A stretch of 50,293 nucleotides of DNA, from positions 1 through 50,293 of IMG/VR virus record IMGVR_UViG_3300028044_000972, one strand, 5' to 3'. Under the pieces are notes generated by a model. It was given only the letters and a program-made list of their open reading frames with translations. It was not told where the DNA came from and made no database searches. Positions 35,635-45,022 of the stretch are shown here, one piece after another. This stretch comes from a virus (taxonomy: Duplodnaviria > Caudoviricetes). Made by a program: the position numbers and the translations under genes. Positions within the stretch are counted from its first letter, which is position 1. Each line of letters begins with the position of its first letter.

Positions 35635-35988
35635 TCACCGCCACGACAGCGCCGGGCCCACGCCTGACAAGCCACGCAAATCAAAAAGCATCCGCTCCGG
35701 CACCGGCTCCCCATAGCGCACCATTTTCCGCTCCCAGGCCCCGCTCGAGTGCGTCACCGTAATCGCATTGACCCCCAAAGGATACCCCCGCGCCGACGAC
35801 CGCACCCGCACCGCGATCGGCGCCACCCCCACATAGCCCGAATTATGGTCCACCCAGCACCCCCGAGGAATCGTCTGCACCATCACCTCCTGGAAATGCT
35901 CCACCGGCGGAAAGGATGCCTCCGGCTCCGGCCTCGAAGCACACCCCGCGGCCGCCGCCGCCATAACGAGTAGCACGATCAGCCTCAT
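35635..35988 (-). CDS. Lipoprotein with a PEGA-like domain
   Basis: MRLIVLLVMAAAAAG|C lipobox; VQTIPRGCWVDHNSGYVGVAP; overlaps the integrase stop. Confidence 0.65.
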   Translation of the reverse strand: MRLIVLLVMAAAAAGCASRPEPEASFPPVEHFQEVMVQTIPRGCWVDHNSGYVGVAPIAVRVRSSARGYPLGVNAITVTHSSGAWERKMVRYGEPVPERMLFDLRGLSGVGPALSWR

Positions 35989-37139
35989 AACGGCGCCGCC
36001 TCCTCCAGCAAATCATGGTAATAATTCCACGTCGTCTTAAAATCCCCATGCCCCATCACCACCGCCGTCGCCGGCAGTCCGAACCGCTGGCAATACTCCG
36101 CCCCGAACTGTTTACGCAACTCATAAGCCCCCTTCGTCCGCTCCGGCACAAACTTACGCACGAACCCATTGATCGACCGCTCCGTCAACGTCACCGCATC
36201 CGTCATCGACGAACGAGGAATGACATAACCCTCCCGCGACTGCAGCGCCCGCCGCAACTGCCCCAAGATCCGCCACCGCACCGGCACATCACGCGCCGTT
36301 CCCTTCGGGAAATACCACGAATTATCCGGCAGCACCCGCCGCTCAAACGACCAGAGAAACGACCGCTGCCCCCGCTTCAGCCACTCCCAGCGCAGACCCG
36401 CCACCTCCGAATTCCGCAGCCCACACCAGCGCATCAGAGCATACACCGCCCAGATCCGCCGATCCTCCGCCGAGCTCGAGCGCCGCAGCACCTCCGCCGC
36501 CGCATCCATCGCCATTAGGCGGTCCCGCCCGATCAACTTATAGCCCCGCACCCGCAGCTCCCGCGCCGACGTCTCCGCCCGCACCAAGCGCAGCTCCGTC
36601 AAGTCCGGCAACACAAGCCCCGCCTGCGCATACCAACGCCGCGGCTGATCGGCAAACACCGCCCGGATCTGCCGCCAGGTCGAAGCCCGACCCTCCGGCG
36701 AGCCCGGCCACGCCCGGAGATACCGCTCCAACTCCTCCGCCGTCAGCCGAGTCATCGACACCGAGTCCGCATCAGCACCCGCGACCGCCCGCACCCACTT
36801 CCGCAGCGTCGAAGCATTATTGCCCCGCGTCAGCGCCGGCGACCGCTCCAACCACACCGCCAGCAAATCCCCCACCGACGCATACCCCGGGCGCTTCATC
36901 GTCGTCCGCGCCTGGCCATCGTGACGTAATTCGCGGGCAATAACTTTGGCTTGAACGAGAGCCTCCTTGTAATTAGTTTTGCCCGTCGACCGCTTAAACC
37001 GCCTGCCATGCACCTGCGCCCTGTAATAATACACCTCCGAGCCCGGCTCCTTGTAAATGGAGACCTCGGAATGCTTGCGTTGTTGTTGGGCCACTTGGGC
37101 CACTTTCAGTGCCACTTCCATGCGAACAAGATCGAACAA
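35985..37139 (-). CDS. int: Tyrosine integrase (start uncertain)
   Basis: CGLRNSEV, PKG, AYELRK (Tyr where HxxR usually has His), MGH...TTWNYY; N-terminal YYYR...RFKRSTG arm-binding domain. Confidence 0.9.
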   Translation of the reverse strand: MFDLVRMEVALKVAQVAQQQRKHSEVSIYKEPGSEVYYYRAQVHGRRFKRSTGKTNYKEALVQAKVIARELRHDGQARTTMKRPGYASVGDLLAVWLERSPALTRGNNASTLRKWVRAVAGADADSVSMTRLTAEELERYLRAWPGSPEGRASTWRQIRAVFADQPRRWYAQAGLVLPDLTELRLVRAETSARELRVRGYKLIGRDRLMAMDAAAEVLRRSSSAEDRRIWAVYALMRWCGLRNSEVAGLRWEWLKRGQRSFLWSFERRVLPDNSWYFPKGTARDVPVRWRILGQLRRALQSREGYVIPRSSMTDAVTLTERSINGFVRKFVPERTKGAYELRKQFGAEYCQRFGLPATAVVMGHGDFKTTWNYYHDLLEEAAPL

Positions 37140-37321
37140 AGCCGAACAGCATGCAAGCCAAATTTCGAAGTAAGATCAGAAACCTCATCAGAGGGCAGTG
37201 GCCCTTTTATGAGAACTTACAAGAACAAACGCGGCCATAGCTCAATTGGATAGAGCATCTGACTACGGAGCAGGCCTTTTTCTCTGTCCGATTCCCTGTT
37301 GGGCCACTTTACGGACCACTT
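37084..37321. other. attP: GGGCCACTT-type arm repeats on both sides of a tRNA-derived core
   Basis: TGTTGGGCCACTT at 37084-37096 and 37297-37309; further copies at 37097, 37111 and 37313. Confidence 0.75.
37231..37269 (+). tRNA. 5' half of tRNA-Arg(ACG) (att core, not a complete gene)
   Basis: GCGGCCA TA GCTC AATTGGATA GAGC A TCTGA CT-ACG-GA; similarity stops after the anticodon loop. Confidence 0.9.
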
Positions 37322-37340
37322 CCCTGCCCCGTTTCGCCCT

Positions 37341-40300
37341 CTAAAATCTCCGGTTGAGATACTCCGCGGCCACCTGGTCCGGCGAGCCCTGCGGGATTTG
37401 CTTGAGCAGCTCGAGCGCCTTCTCCAGCTCCGCGATCTGCCCGCGGTTGCCGATGAGCAGACTTTGCGCGTAGCGAGTCTGCACCGTCCGCATGTTCCGC
37501 TCATTGGCGAAATCCCGTTTTAGCGAATAATACTTCGCCACCCCCTGCATGCCCGAGAGCACGCCCATCCCTTTGCGCAGATCCTCCATGTAAGCCAGCT
37601 GCACCTGCAGATGCCGCAGCTGATCACTGCCCAGGTCCTCCGCGGGAAACTCCGGATCGCGCAGCATATTCCAACCCTTCGCCTTCAGCCGCTCATCGAG
37701 CAGCCGCAGCCGGTCCTCCACCGCCGTCACCGACCGCACCGCCTGGCTGCCGAAACCGATCGGATCGCGGACAAACAACCGCCCCACGAACGGCACATCC
37801 GCCATCTCCATCATCGGCCGGCCCCGGTCGATCGACTCCGCCAGGCGCAGCGTCTCATCCGCCTGACGCGAGAGCGCCTGTTGCACGATATATTGCAACT
37901 TCGCTGGCGAGTAATTCATCATCGTCCCCACCTTCCGGTAAAACTCCGGCGTTGTGCTGTAGTATTGCTCACTCGCCGGCAGCTGCACCATCCACGGCGC
38001 CACGATATGCTTCTGGCGAAACGTCGACCAATTCATGTTCGCCTCCATGATCGTCGCCAGCTGCGGGCCGAAGAACTGCAGCCCGCTCCCCGGGTCCACG
38101 ATCCGTTTCAGCAGCATGCCCGCCGTCCGGTCCGCGTCCACCTTCGGCCGCCCCAGGAGATCATCCATCGTCGCATTATAAACCACCGAGCCCATCACGC
38201 CCTCCGGCCCGTAGGGAAACGGCACCGAGAACCCCGCCAGATCCATGAACGACAGCCGATCATCCACCACCCGTTGACGTTCCCGCTCCTTCTCCTCCTC
38301 ATCCATCATGAGGTAGCGAGCGATCGCCGCCCCGCCGAACATCACCGGTATCATCACCAAGAGCCGCGTCCACGCCGTCCCCCGCACCGCCGGGTCCGGA
38401 TCGGAAAGTTTTTGTGCCACATTGCGCACGCCCTGCAGCATCGGATTGAGGAACCCCGGGATGCTCATGGCAATTTTCGCATCGGCAATCCCCGAGTGCT
38501 CATTGAACTGCCCGCTCGCCGTCCAATACTTCGCCAGCGCCTCCTCATCCGTCGCCCCCCGCTGCAGCGCCGCCACCGCCGCACCCTCACGGCCGGCCGT
38601 CTCGAAGAACGCCGCCATCGCCCGCCCACCCGTCACCAGGTTGATCAAATCCCCCGTCTTCCAGATCGGAAACAACCAATTACTCGGCTGCAGCACCGTC
38701 GCCACCGTCTTGATCACCGGGTCCTTCGCCTGGCTCACATAGAAACCCTCACTCAACCACTGCCAGATCGCCCCGTGCTTGATCGAGGCCAGCATCTCCT
38801 GCTCGCTCGGCTGCACCCGCGAAAGCAGCAAACCCTCCGAGAACACCTGCGGATACTTCTTCGTAAATTTATTGACCACGCCCTTCGTATGCGCCCAGCC
38901 CGGCACCCAGCCGATCGGGTCCGGATTGAGCAACGTCTGCGTGAACGTATCGCGGAACAAATTCCTCAACGCAAAGACCGCACCCTGCGTGATGTTCCGC
39001 TTCCAATTCTGCGTCATCGGCCCCACCAGCCAGGACGCCGCCTTACCCATCTTCGACGCCGTCTGCGGAGAAGCAAAGAGCCCGAAGATCGCCGGATCAC
39101 CCAGCTGGTAATACTCCCGCACCCCATCCCGCAGCAGCGACACCACATTCACGTCCGTCGGTTTCACCGGCCGCCACACATCACGGAAGCTCCAGGAGAG
39201 ATTCACGTCCTCCGCCTTCACCTCCGGCCGGAAGCCCAGCACCTTCTCATAGGCATCCCCGATCGACTTCATCACCCAGCCCAGCGCCTCCTCCTTCGAG
39301 ACCGACGCCGCCGCCTTCATCGGCATCTTCATCTTCACCATCGTCGAGCCCGCCAAGATCCGAGCCTCCGCCGGCAGCGACAAGTCCTTCGCCACCGCCG
39401 CCATATTGTCATAGAGTTTCAACCCGAAGCGATTCCAGTAGTAAGCCTCGAACATCTCCCGCGTCCGCTCCTCCGTCACCTCATCGATATTCCGGATCGC
39501 CTCCCCCGAGCCCCGCGCCCGATAGACCCCCGCCGACATATCGCCCCGCCCGCGGCCCGCCGCGCCGCGGCCCGCCGTCATCACCCGCGGCAGCGGCCAA
39601 TAGCCAGGCCTCGCCCCCTGCATCCGCGCCCGGTCCATCCCCGAGATCAGCCCGCCCGCCTCCTTCACCTCCAGGATAAGGTCATGGAAGCGCGACTGCT
39701 CCTTATACATCCGCGTAAAATTTGGAATATCCTGCACCGCCATCGCCACGATCGCCTTCAAGTCCTCCGGCAAGATCCCCTCCCGCATCCCCGGATATTC
39801 GAGGCCCCCATTCTCCCACCGGTTCAGCGACTCCTGCGCCCACGCCGCCTGGTCAAACTGCGCCAACTTCGACGCCGGCACCTTCTTCCGCAAGTCCGTC
39901 CAGGACTCGCCCGTCAGGTAGCGAAAACTCCCATCCTTCTCCACAATGCGCAACCCCTTCGACGTCCCCGTCCCACTGATCGCCAGCTGCGTCTCCGCCC
40001 CGATCGAGAGGATCATGTTGTAAGCCGACATCAACGGCGTCAGATTCGTCGACCGCACCAGCCGCGCCTTAGTCAGCGCCGCCTTGTAAGCCGTCTCCGT
40101 CTCCTTCCGCTGCTTGATGATCGCCCGCGTGATCTTCCGATCCAGCGACGACACCGGCGCCCCCGAAGCGATCGCATTCACCGCCGCCTCGCCCCCGCGG
40201 ATGATCGCCCCGATCAACTCATTGGCCGAAGGCCGCACATTCGGCGGCGCGTTAAACATCGCCCACCGCGTCGCCACATCCTGCCCCTGGAAAGCATTCA

Positions 40301-43300
40301 CCGCCCGCGCCGCATCCCGCAAGAGCTTCGCCATGCCCGGATAAAACCGCTCCGCCGCCGCCGAGATCGCCGCCGACACCTGCAGATTCTGCACCGTCGC
40401 CGGGTCCGTCAGCAGCAGCCGCGTCCACTCCGCCACGCCCTCACCCCTCCGGTAGCTACGCTGACCCTCCGGCGAGAGCGACGCCGGCGGATCACTCGCC
40501 ATGCTGCCCGGCCGATTCGTCAGCGCGATCAGCTCCGCCGCGTGCGGCACGAAGACATCCGGCAACCGTGCCCGCAGCAAATATTCCAACCCATGCCCCG
40601 CCTCATGGAAATTGATCTGGCTCTGCGTCTCCCGCGTGTAAGCCACATGATTCGCCGGCTTATAGTGCGCCGGATGCGTCCGCGACGTCTGCGTCGTCGA
40701 CCGCCGCATCTCCAAGCGCACCGCCTCATTGACGAAGTCCACGATCGACCGGAACCCCCAGCGTTGTCCTGGTCGGAAATTCTCCACCCCCTTGATCAGC
40801 CGGCGCCCCGCCGAAGTCTCCCCCCGAGCCAGCACCCAATCCGGAGTCTGGAGCGCCGCCATCCCCACCGGAATCGCCCCCGGCGGCACCTGCGCCCCCC
40901 CACCCGACCGCACCGTAGCCGGCGGCGTCAACGGATCACTCGACACCGACCCCGGCGGCTCCATCGCCCTCGAGCTCACCGCATACGGAGCATCCGGCAT
41001 CGCCTGCCCGCGGGTTTGCCTGTTGACATCTTTTGGCTGCGTGGTAGCTTGACTTTGGTTTGATCTAACCGCCGCAAGGCGTGAAGCCACCGCTTCGAGA
41101 GGCCCGACGGAAACGTCGGGCTTCTGTATTTTAGGGCGAGGCAGCGATACCCCAATGCGCCCTTCAATGTCTGCCAAAACGCGATCCGGCGCTTGTAGCC
41201 AATCTCCGCGCTTATTTGGCGTCACAAAGTCTTGAATTGCCGCCGTGCTTTTAGAGAAGGCTGATACGTCGGCATGGTCGCTTATTCTCACCGAAACTGA
41301 TGCCTGCTCAACAACTCCAGCATCATCGTCCAAGTCCCAAGCAAAATTGCTGGTGTCACGCTTGTCCTGCACACCGGCATCGTAAAGCCGCTTGCCAAGC
41401 GCTGGCTCGAAATCAATCACAACGTCCATATACATGGAGTTGCTTTTGCTACTGCCCTTGATTCTGGAAAAACTTACACCCGCCACTCCATCTTGACCGC
41501 GCAGCGTTTTTGCGCGCGAAAGACTGTCCCGCATTGCGTCTCGTTCTATCTCGGGCCGAGCGGCGTCTGCCACTTCTGCGCCAACTTCAAGCAATCCTTC
41601 TGCTGCATCTTGCGCCGTGCTATAGGGTCCAAGCTCTCGCTCGCCGGCATCTACGAAATACGTTCCCTTGTTTGTATCAAGCGACACATTTAAGTCTGGC
41701 GTCAAGCGCCAGCTGCGGATGGCTCCATCGGATTCCGTGGGCTCCCCAAAAATTTGCTCTGGTACATCCGGCATTCCCCGAGATCCTGCCACAGGACCAT
41801 CCGGCATCGCCCCCGGCGGCACCTGCGTCCCCCCACCCGACCGCACCGTAGCCGGCGGCGCAAGGGTCAAGTCCGGCCGCTCCTCCACCCGTGGCGCCGG
41901 CGTTGTAGCCGCGGCAGTCTCTGCCGCGCCAGGCATTTGTGGCCGTGCCCCCCGCATCTCCAGCGGCACATCCTCCATGCTTTGCGTCGCCATGCCGAAA
42001 ATTTCCCGCCCCGACCGCAACCGATTACCCAGCAGCTCGATCAGGTCCGCCTCCGTCTCCACCCGGAAGCCCTTCGCCTTCAGCGCCATGGCCATCTCAT
42101 CGAGATCCATGCCATCCCGGCGGAAGAGCTTATTGATAAAGACCCCCTTCTGGTTATCGCCCCCCTTGCCCTTGCCCGCGCCCTTTGCCTCCTCATAGAG
42201 CGCCTTCAGCTCGCCCGACCACACCGCCCGCTTCGCCCCCGACTTCGGCGCCGGCAGTCCGCCCAGGTCGATCACCGCCGCCAGCAACTCCTCCGCACCC
42301 GCGTCCGCCATACTCTCCCGATAGTCCGCATCCTGCCCGCCCAGGTATTCCTCATAATCCCGCAGCGTCTGCGCATTCAGCGTCGCCGTCCCCGTCGCCG
42401 GGTCCAGGTCATAGAACGGCACCGACAAATCATAAACCTGGAACGCCTTCACCGACACCGGCTCCCCCGCATCGATCGCCGACTTCACGATCTGCAAATG
42501 CTCCGAGAGCAGCGCATTCCAGTTATCCGTCTCCGTCTCCTCCAGGTCGATCCCCCGCTCATTCGCCGTATCCAGCGCCCAATTAAAAGGCTCCGCCATC
42601 GCCGCCGAGACCGCCCGCGGCACCGCCACGGCCGCCGAGGCCGCCGGCCCCGGCATCGGAATCGTCACCGTCCCCGAAGGCAGGACATTGACCGGCGCCG
42701 TCCGCGGCACCGAAACATCCGCCGCCGCCGCTTTCCCGGGCGCTGGCAAAGCCTGTGGCACGTCCGCCTTGGCCCGAGCCACTGCACCCGCCGGCAGCAT
42801 CACCGGCACGCGGTAGGGCACGCGAGCCGCCGCACGGCCCACCGAAGGCACGAGGCCCGCCACCGAAGTCGTCGGCACCTCCACCTCGAGCGGACCCGTC
42901 CGCACCCCGCCCGCCGTATCCATCCGGGCAATGGCCGCCGAGATCGGCGGCTGCGCCTCCCAGACCAGCTTCGTCTCCGCCGCCGTCAGCGGCGTGCCCG
43001 CCTTCATCTTCGCCGCCACCGCCGCCACATCCTTCGCCCTGGCCATCCGGTTGTTGAGGAAAAATCCACCCGTCAAAGCACCCACGCCCGCCGCCGCGGC
43101 AAATCCCCCCGGCGTGATCTCCTGGCCCCGCACCGCCGCATCGATCGGATAAGCCACCACACCCGTCCCGGCGCCCAGCCCAGCCGCCGTCCCCGCCGTC
43201 CGAGCCACCTGCGGCAACCCGCCATCCTGGAAAGCCGTCCGCAATCCCCGGGCGCCCTGCGCCACCGAGACCGGCAGCGCCAGCGCCACCATCCCCATCT

Positions 43301-44348
43301 CGCCCCCCGCCTTGTGCATCGGAAACAACTCCGCCGCCTTCATCACATCGTCGTATTCCGTAAAATGTTCGCCCAGCTTCTTGTAGATCGCGTCGTAGCC
43401 CACGCCCGCCGCAATGCCGCCGCCGATCGCGCCCGCCACCCCGCCCACCACCGCCGCCGCCGGTGCAAAGGGAGCACCCGCGACCGTCGCCAAGGCCGCC
43501 GCTGACGCACCCGCCGCCAAGAGCTTCGCTCCCCCGGCCGCGCCCACCGTCATCGCCCCGCCGCGGCCGGCGCCCTGCAAGATCGCCAAGAGCCGAGGGT
43601 CCGCCTGCGCCTTCTCCTCCAGCTTCCGCCGGTCATCCATCACCTTGAAAATTTTCGCCTCGTCCGCCTTGATCTTCTCATAGTTCGACCGCGGCAAGAT
43701 CCCCGCGGCAAACGCCTCCTCGACACCCTGGGTAAATCGCTCCGGCGACGACTGATCAAAGACAATCTGCCCACCCTCCGAAGGCACCAGCCGCGGCCGC
43801 CGATTCAGCACCGGCTCAGCTACCCCGGGCGCCGCCGCCATCGGTCCCCGCGGCGCCACCGGCGCCATCCCATCGAGCCCCTGCTCCGGTCCCGAGGTCG
43901 GGTCCACGACGAGCGACCCCGTAAATTGAAACGCCGGTCCCTTCGCATCGAAAGTCACATCCGTCCCATCCGCCGCCTCCGGCGTCGTCACCGGCTTCGG
44001 AGTCGGCCGCGGCGCCGGCAGCTTAATCTCCGGCGCCCGTTGCTCCGCCCCCTGGAGAAAGGCCAACGCCTCCTCATCCGATCCGAACCCCGGCCCGCTT
44101 GTCTGCTCCGCCTCCAAGGTAGGGCGCGGCGTCTGCGGCAAATCCTCATCCTCCTGCGGCAGCCGCGGTTCCCCCCGCGCATCGAGGTCATTGAGGAAGG
44201 CGGCATCCGCCGCTTGGACCAGCCGATCCGGCCCCGGGTCCATCTCCACCGGAGGTTCCGGTGCAATATCCAACTGCGGGTCCGCCACCGGACCCCCGTA
44301 GAGAAAGTCCAGCGCCTGCTGGTCAGATTGGAATGCGGCGAGGGCCAT
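37341..44348 (-). CDS. Giant polyvalent/ejection protein B (2335 aa) with an HExxH motif and an LPD38-like C-terminus
   Basis: NFHEAGHGLE...GEGVAEW; VPFPYGPEG...EANMNWSTF...SPAKLQY. Confidence 0.8.
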   Translation of the reverse strand: MALAAFQSDQQALDFLYGGPVADPQLDIAPEPPVEMDPGPDRLVQAADAAFLNDLDARGEPRLPQEDEDLPQTPRPTLEAEQTSGPGFGSDEEALAFLQGAEQRAPEIKLPAPRPTPKPVTTPEAADGTDVTFDAKGPAFQFTGSLVVDPTSGPEQGLDGMAPVAPRGPMAAAPGVAEPVLNRRPRLVPSEGGQIVFDQSSPERFTQGVEEAFAAGILPRSNYEKIKADEAKIFKVMDDRRKLEEKAQADPRLLAILQGAGRGGAMTVGAAGGAKLLAAGASAAALATVAGAPFAPAAAVVGGVAGAIGGGIAAGVGYDAIYKKLGEHFTEYDDVMKAAELFPMHKAGGEMGMVALALPVSVAQGARGLRTAFQDGGLPQVARTAGTAAGLGAGTGVVAYPIDAAVRGQEITPGGFAAAAGVGALTGGFFLNNRMARAKDVAAVAAKMKAGTPLTAAETKLVWEAQPPISAAIARMDTAGGVRTGPLEVEVPTTSVAGLVPSVGRAAARVPYRVPVMLPAGAVARAKADVPQALPAPGKAAAADVSVPRTAPVNVLPSGTVTIPMPGPAASAAVAVPRAVSAAMAEPFNWALDTANERGIDLEETETDNWNALLSEHLQIVKSAIDAGEPVSVKAFQVYDLSVPFYDLDPATGTATLNAQTLRDYEEYLGGQDADYRESMADAGAEELLAAVIDLGGLPAPKSGAKRAVWSGELKALYEEAKGAGKGKGGDNQKGVFINKLFRRDGMDLDEMAMALKAKGFRVETEADLIELLGNRLRSGREIFGMATQSMEDVPLEMRGARPQMPGAAETAAATTPAPRVEERPDLTLAPPATVRSGGGTQVPPGAMPDGPVAGSRGMPDVPEQIFGEPTESDGAIRSWRLTPDLNVSLDTNKGTYFVDAGERELGPYSTAQDAAEGLLEVGAEVADAARPEIERDAMRDSLSRAKTLRGQDGVAGVSFSRIKGSSKSNSMYMDVVIDFEPALGKRLYDAGVQDKRDTSNFAWDLDDDAGVVEQASVSVRISDHADVSAFSKSTAAIQDFVTPNKRGDWLQAPDRVLADIEGRIGVSLPRPKIQKPDVSVGPLEAVASRLAAVRSNQSQATTQPKDVNRQTRGQAMPDAPYAVSSRAMEPPGSVSSDPLTPPATVRSGGGAQVPPGAIPVGMAALQTPDWVLARGETSAGRRLIKGVENFRPGQRWGFRSIVDFVNEAVRLEMRRSTTQTSRTHPAHYKPANHVAYTRETQSQINFHEAGHGLEYLLRARLPDVFVPHAAELIALTNRPGSMASDPPASLSPEGQRSYRRGEGVAEWTRLLLTDPATVQNLQVSAAISAAAERFYPGMAKLLRDAARAVNAFQGQDVATRWAMFNAPPNVRPSANELIGAIIRGGEAAVNAIASGAPVSSLDRKITRAIIKQRKETETAYKAALTKARLVRSTNLTPLMSAYNMILSIGAETQLAISGTGTSKGLRIVEKDGSFRYLTGESWTDLRKKVPASKLAQFDQAAWAQESLNRWENGGLEYPGMREGILPEDLKAIVAMAVQDIPNFTRMYKEQSRFHDLILEVKEAGGLISGMDRARMQGARPGYWPLPRVMTAGRGAAGRGRGDMSAGVYRARGSGEAIRNIDEVTEERTREMFEAYYWNRFGLKLYDNMAAVAKDLSLPAEARILAGSTMVKMKMPMKAAASVSKEEALGWVMKSIGDAYEKVLGFRPEVKAEDVNLSWSFRDVWRPVKPTDVNVVSLLRDGVREYYQLGDPAIFGLFASPQTASKMGKAASWLVGPMTQNWKRNITQGAVFALRNLFRDTFTQTLLNPDPIGWVPGWAHTKGVVNKFTKKYPQVFSEGLLLSRVQPSEQEMLASIKHGAIWQWLSEGFYVSQAKDPVIKTVATVLQPSNWLFPIWKTGDLINLVTGGRAMAAFFETAGREGAAVAALQRGATDEEALAKYWTASGQFNEHSGIADAKIAMSIPGFLNPMLQGVRNVAQKLSDPDPAVRGTAWTRLLVMIPVMFGGAAIARYLMMDEEEKERERQRVVDDRLSFMDLAGFSVPFPYGPEGVMGSVVYNATMDDLLGRPKVDADRTAGMLLKRIVDPGSGLQFFGPQLATIMEANMNWSTFRQKHIVAPWMVQLPASEQYYSTTPEFYRKVGTMMNYSPAKLQYIVQQALSRQADETLRLAESIDRGRPMMEMADVPFVGRLFVRDPIGFGSQAVRSVTAVEDRLRLLDERLKAKGWNMLRDPEFPAEDLGSDQLRHLQVQLAYMEDLRKGMGVLSGMQGVAKYYSLKRDFANERNMRTVQTRYAQSLLIGNRGQIAELEKALELLKQIPQGSPDQVAAEYLNRRF
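40873..41860. repeat. 55-bp direct repeats (40873-40927 and 41806-41860; 54/55 identical) flanking an in-frame lower-GC insert
   Basis: Both encode PPATVRSGGG(T/A)QVPPGA; spacing is 933 bp = 311 codons. Confidence 0.9.
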
Positions 44349-44356
44349 GGACGCTA

Positions 44357-45013
44357 TTATCGCCCACCACGCAACATCTGGACCGCCTGGGCCTCACTGA
44401 TCTGCCCCGCCAGGAAGGCCGCCCGCACCGCCTCCGGCGTTGAAAGCGCCGGCGCCGCCGTCGGCACCGGAACATTCGTCCCCGCCATCGCCGGCATCGG
44501 AGTCGCCGTAGGCTCTGGCGTCGGGCTCGGAGTCGGCGAAGCCGCCGGCGCCCCGCCGCCGAAGCCAAAGAAAGAAGCAATCCCACTTGGTTCCTCCGCC
44601 GCCGCCCCCTGCGGACCCGCCATCTGCGCCAGCGCATCGGCCAAGGCATTCGATTTCGGGTCCATCTCAAACTGATTCGTCGTGCCCTTGATTATAGCCG
44701 GCGCCACTTCCCCCGTCAGCGGGTCGAAGGTGTAAGCCTTGCCATCCTTCCCCTTCGAGAGTTGCTTCGAGCTCCGTTGCACCATCGGCTGCGCCGAATT
44801 CGGCGACGACATAAAGTAAGGCGTCACCTCCTGCGACACCGCATTGGTCGCCATCCCGGTCGTAGGAGTGAACGATTTTTCGGCCGACTGCACATACCTG
44901 GCATATTGGTCTCTGAACTTGGCCAACTCCTTGCCTTTGATCGATTGACCCTCCGCGTAGCCCAACACGGAGCGTCCGTATTCTTGGGCCGACATGATTT
45001 GTGGTTCCGCCAT
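44357..45013 (-). CDS. Internal virion / ejection protein B (218 aa)
   Basis: Same position as 4724..5695 but little visible similarity. Confidence 0.55.
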   Translation of the reverse strand: MAEPQIMSAQEYGRSVLGYAEGQSIKGKELAKFRDQYARYVQSAEKSFTPTTGMATNAVSQEVTPYFMSSPNSAQPMVQRSSKQLSKGKDGKAYTFDPLTGEVAPAIIKGTTNQFEMDPKSNALADALAQMAGPQGAAAEEPSGIASFFGFGGGAPAASPTPSPTPEPTATPMPAMAGTNVPVPTAAPALSTPEAVRAAFLAGQISEAQAVQMLRGGR

Positions 45014-45022
45014 AATGTCTCC

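Larger units (their letters stand above)
34692..35724. mobile_element. 1,033-bp inserted cassette (moron) bounded by a 77-bp duplication
   Basis: Flanking near-identical repeats; own promoters and terminator; no recombinase inside. Confidence 0.7.

Noticed and set aside
34615-35724. 77-bp pair as DGR template/variable repeats
   Set aside because: The mismatches are synonymous and not adenine-specific, and there is no reverse transcriptase in the window.
37231-37310. Complete phage tRNA gene
   Set aside because: No matching 3' anticodon stem, T-arm or acceptor 3' strand.
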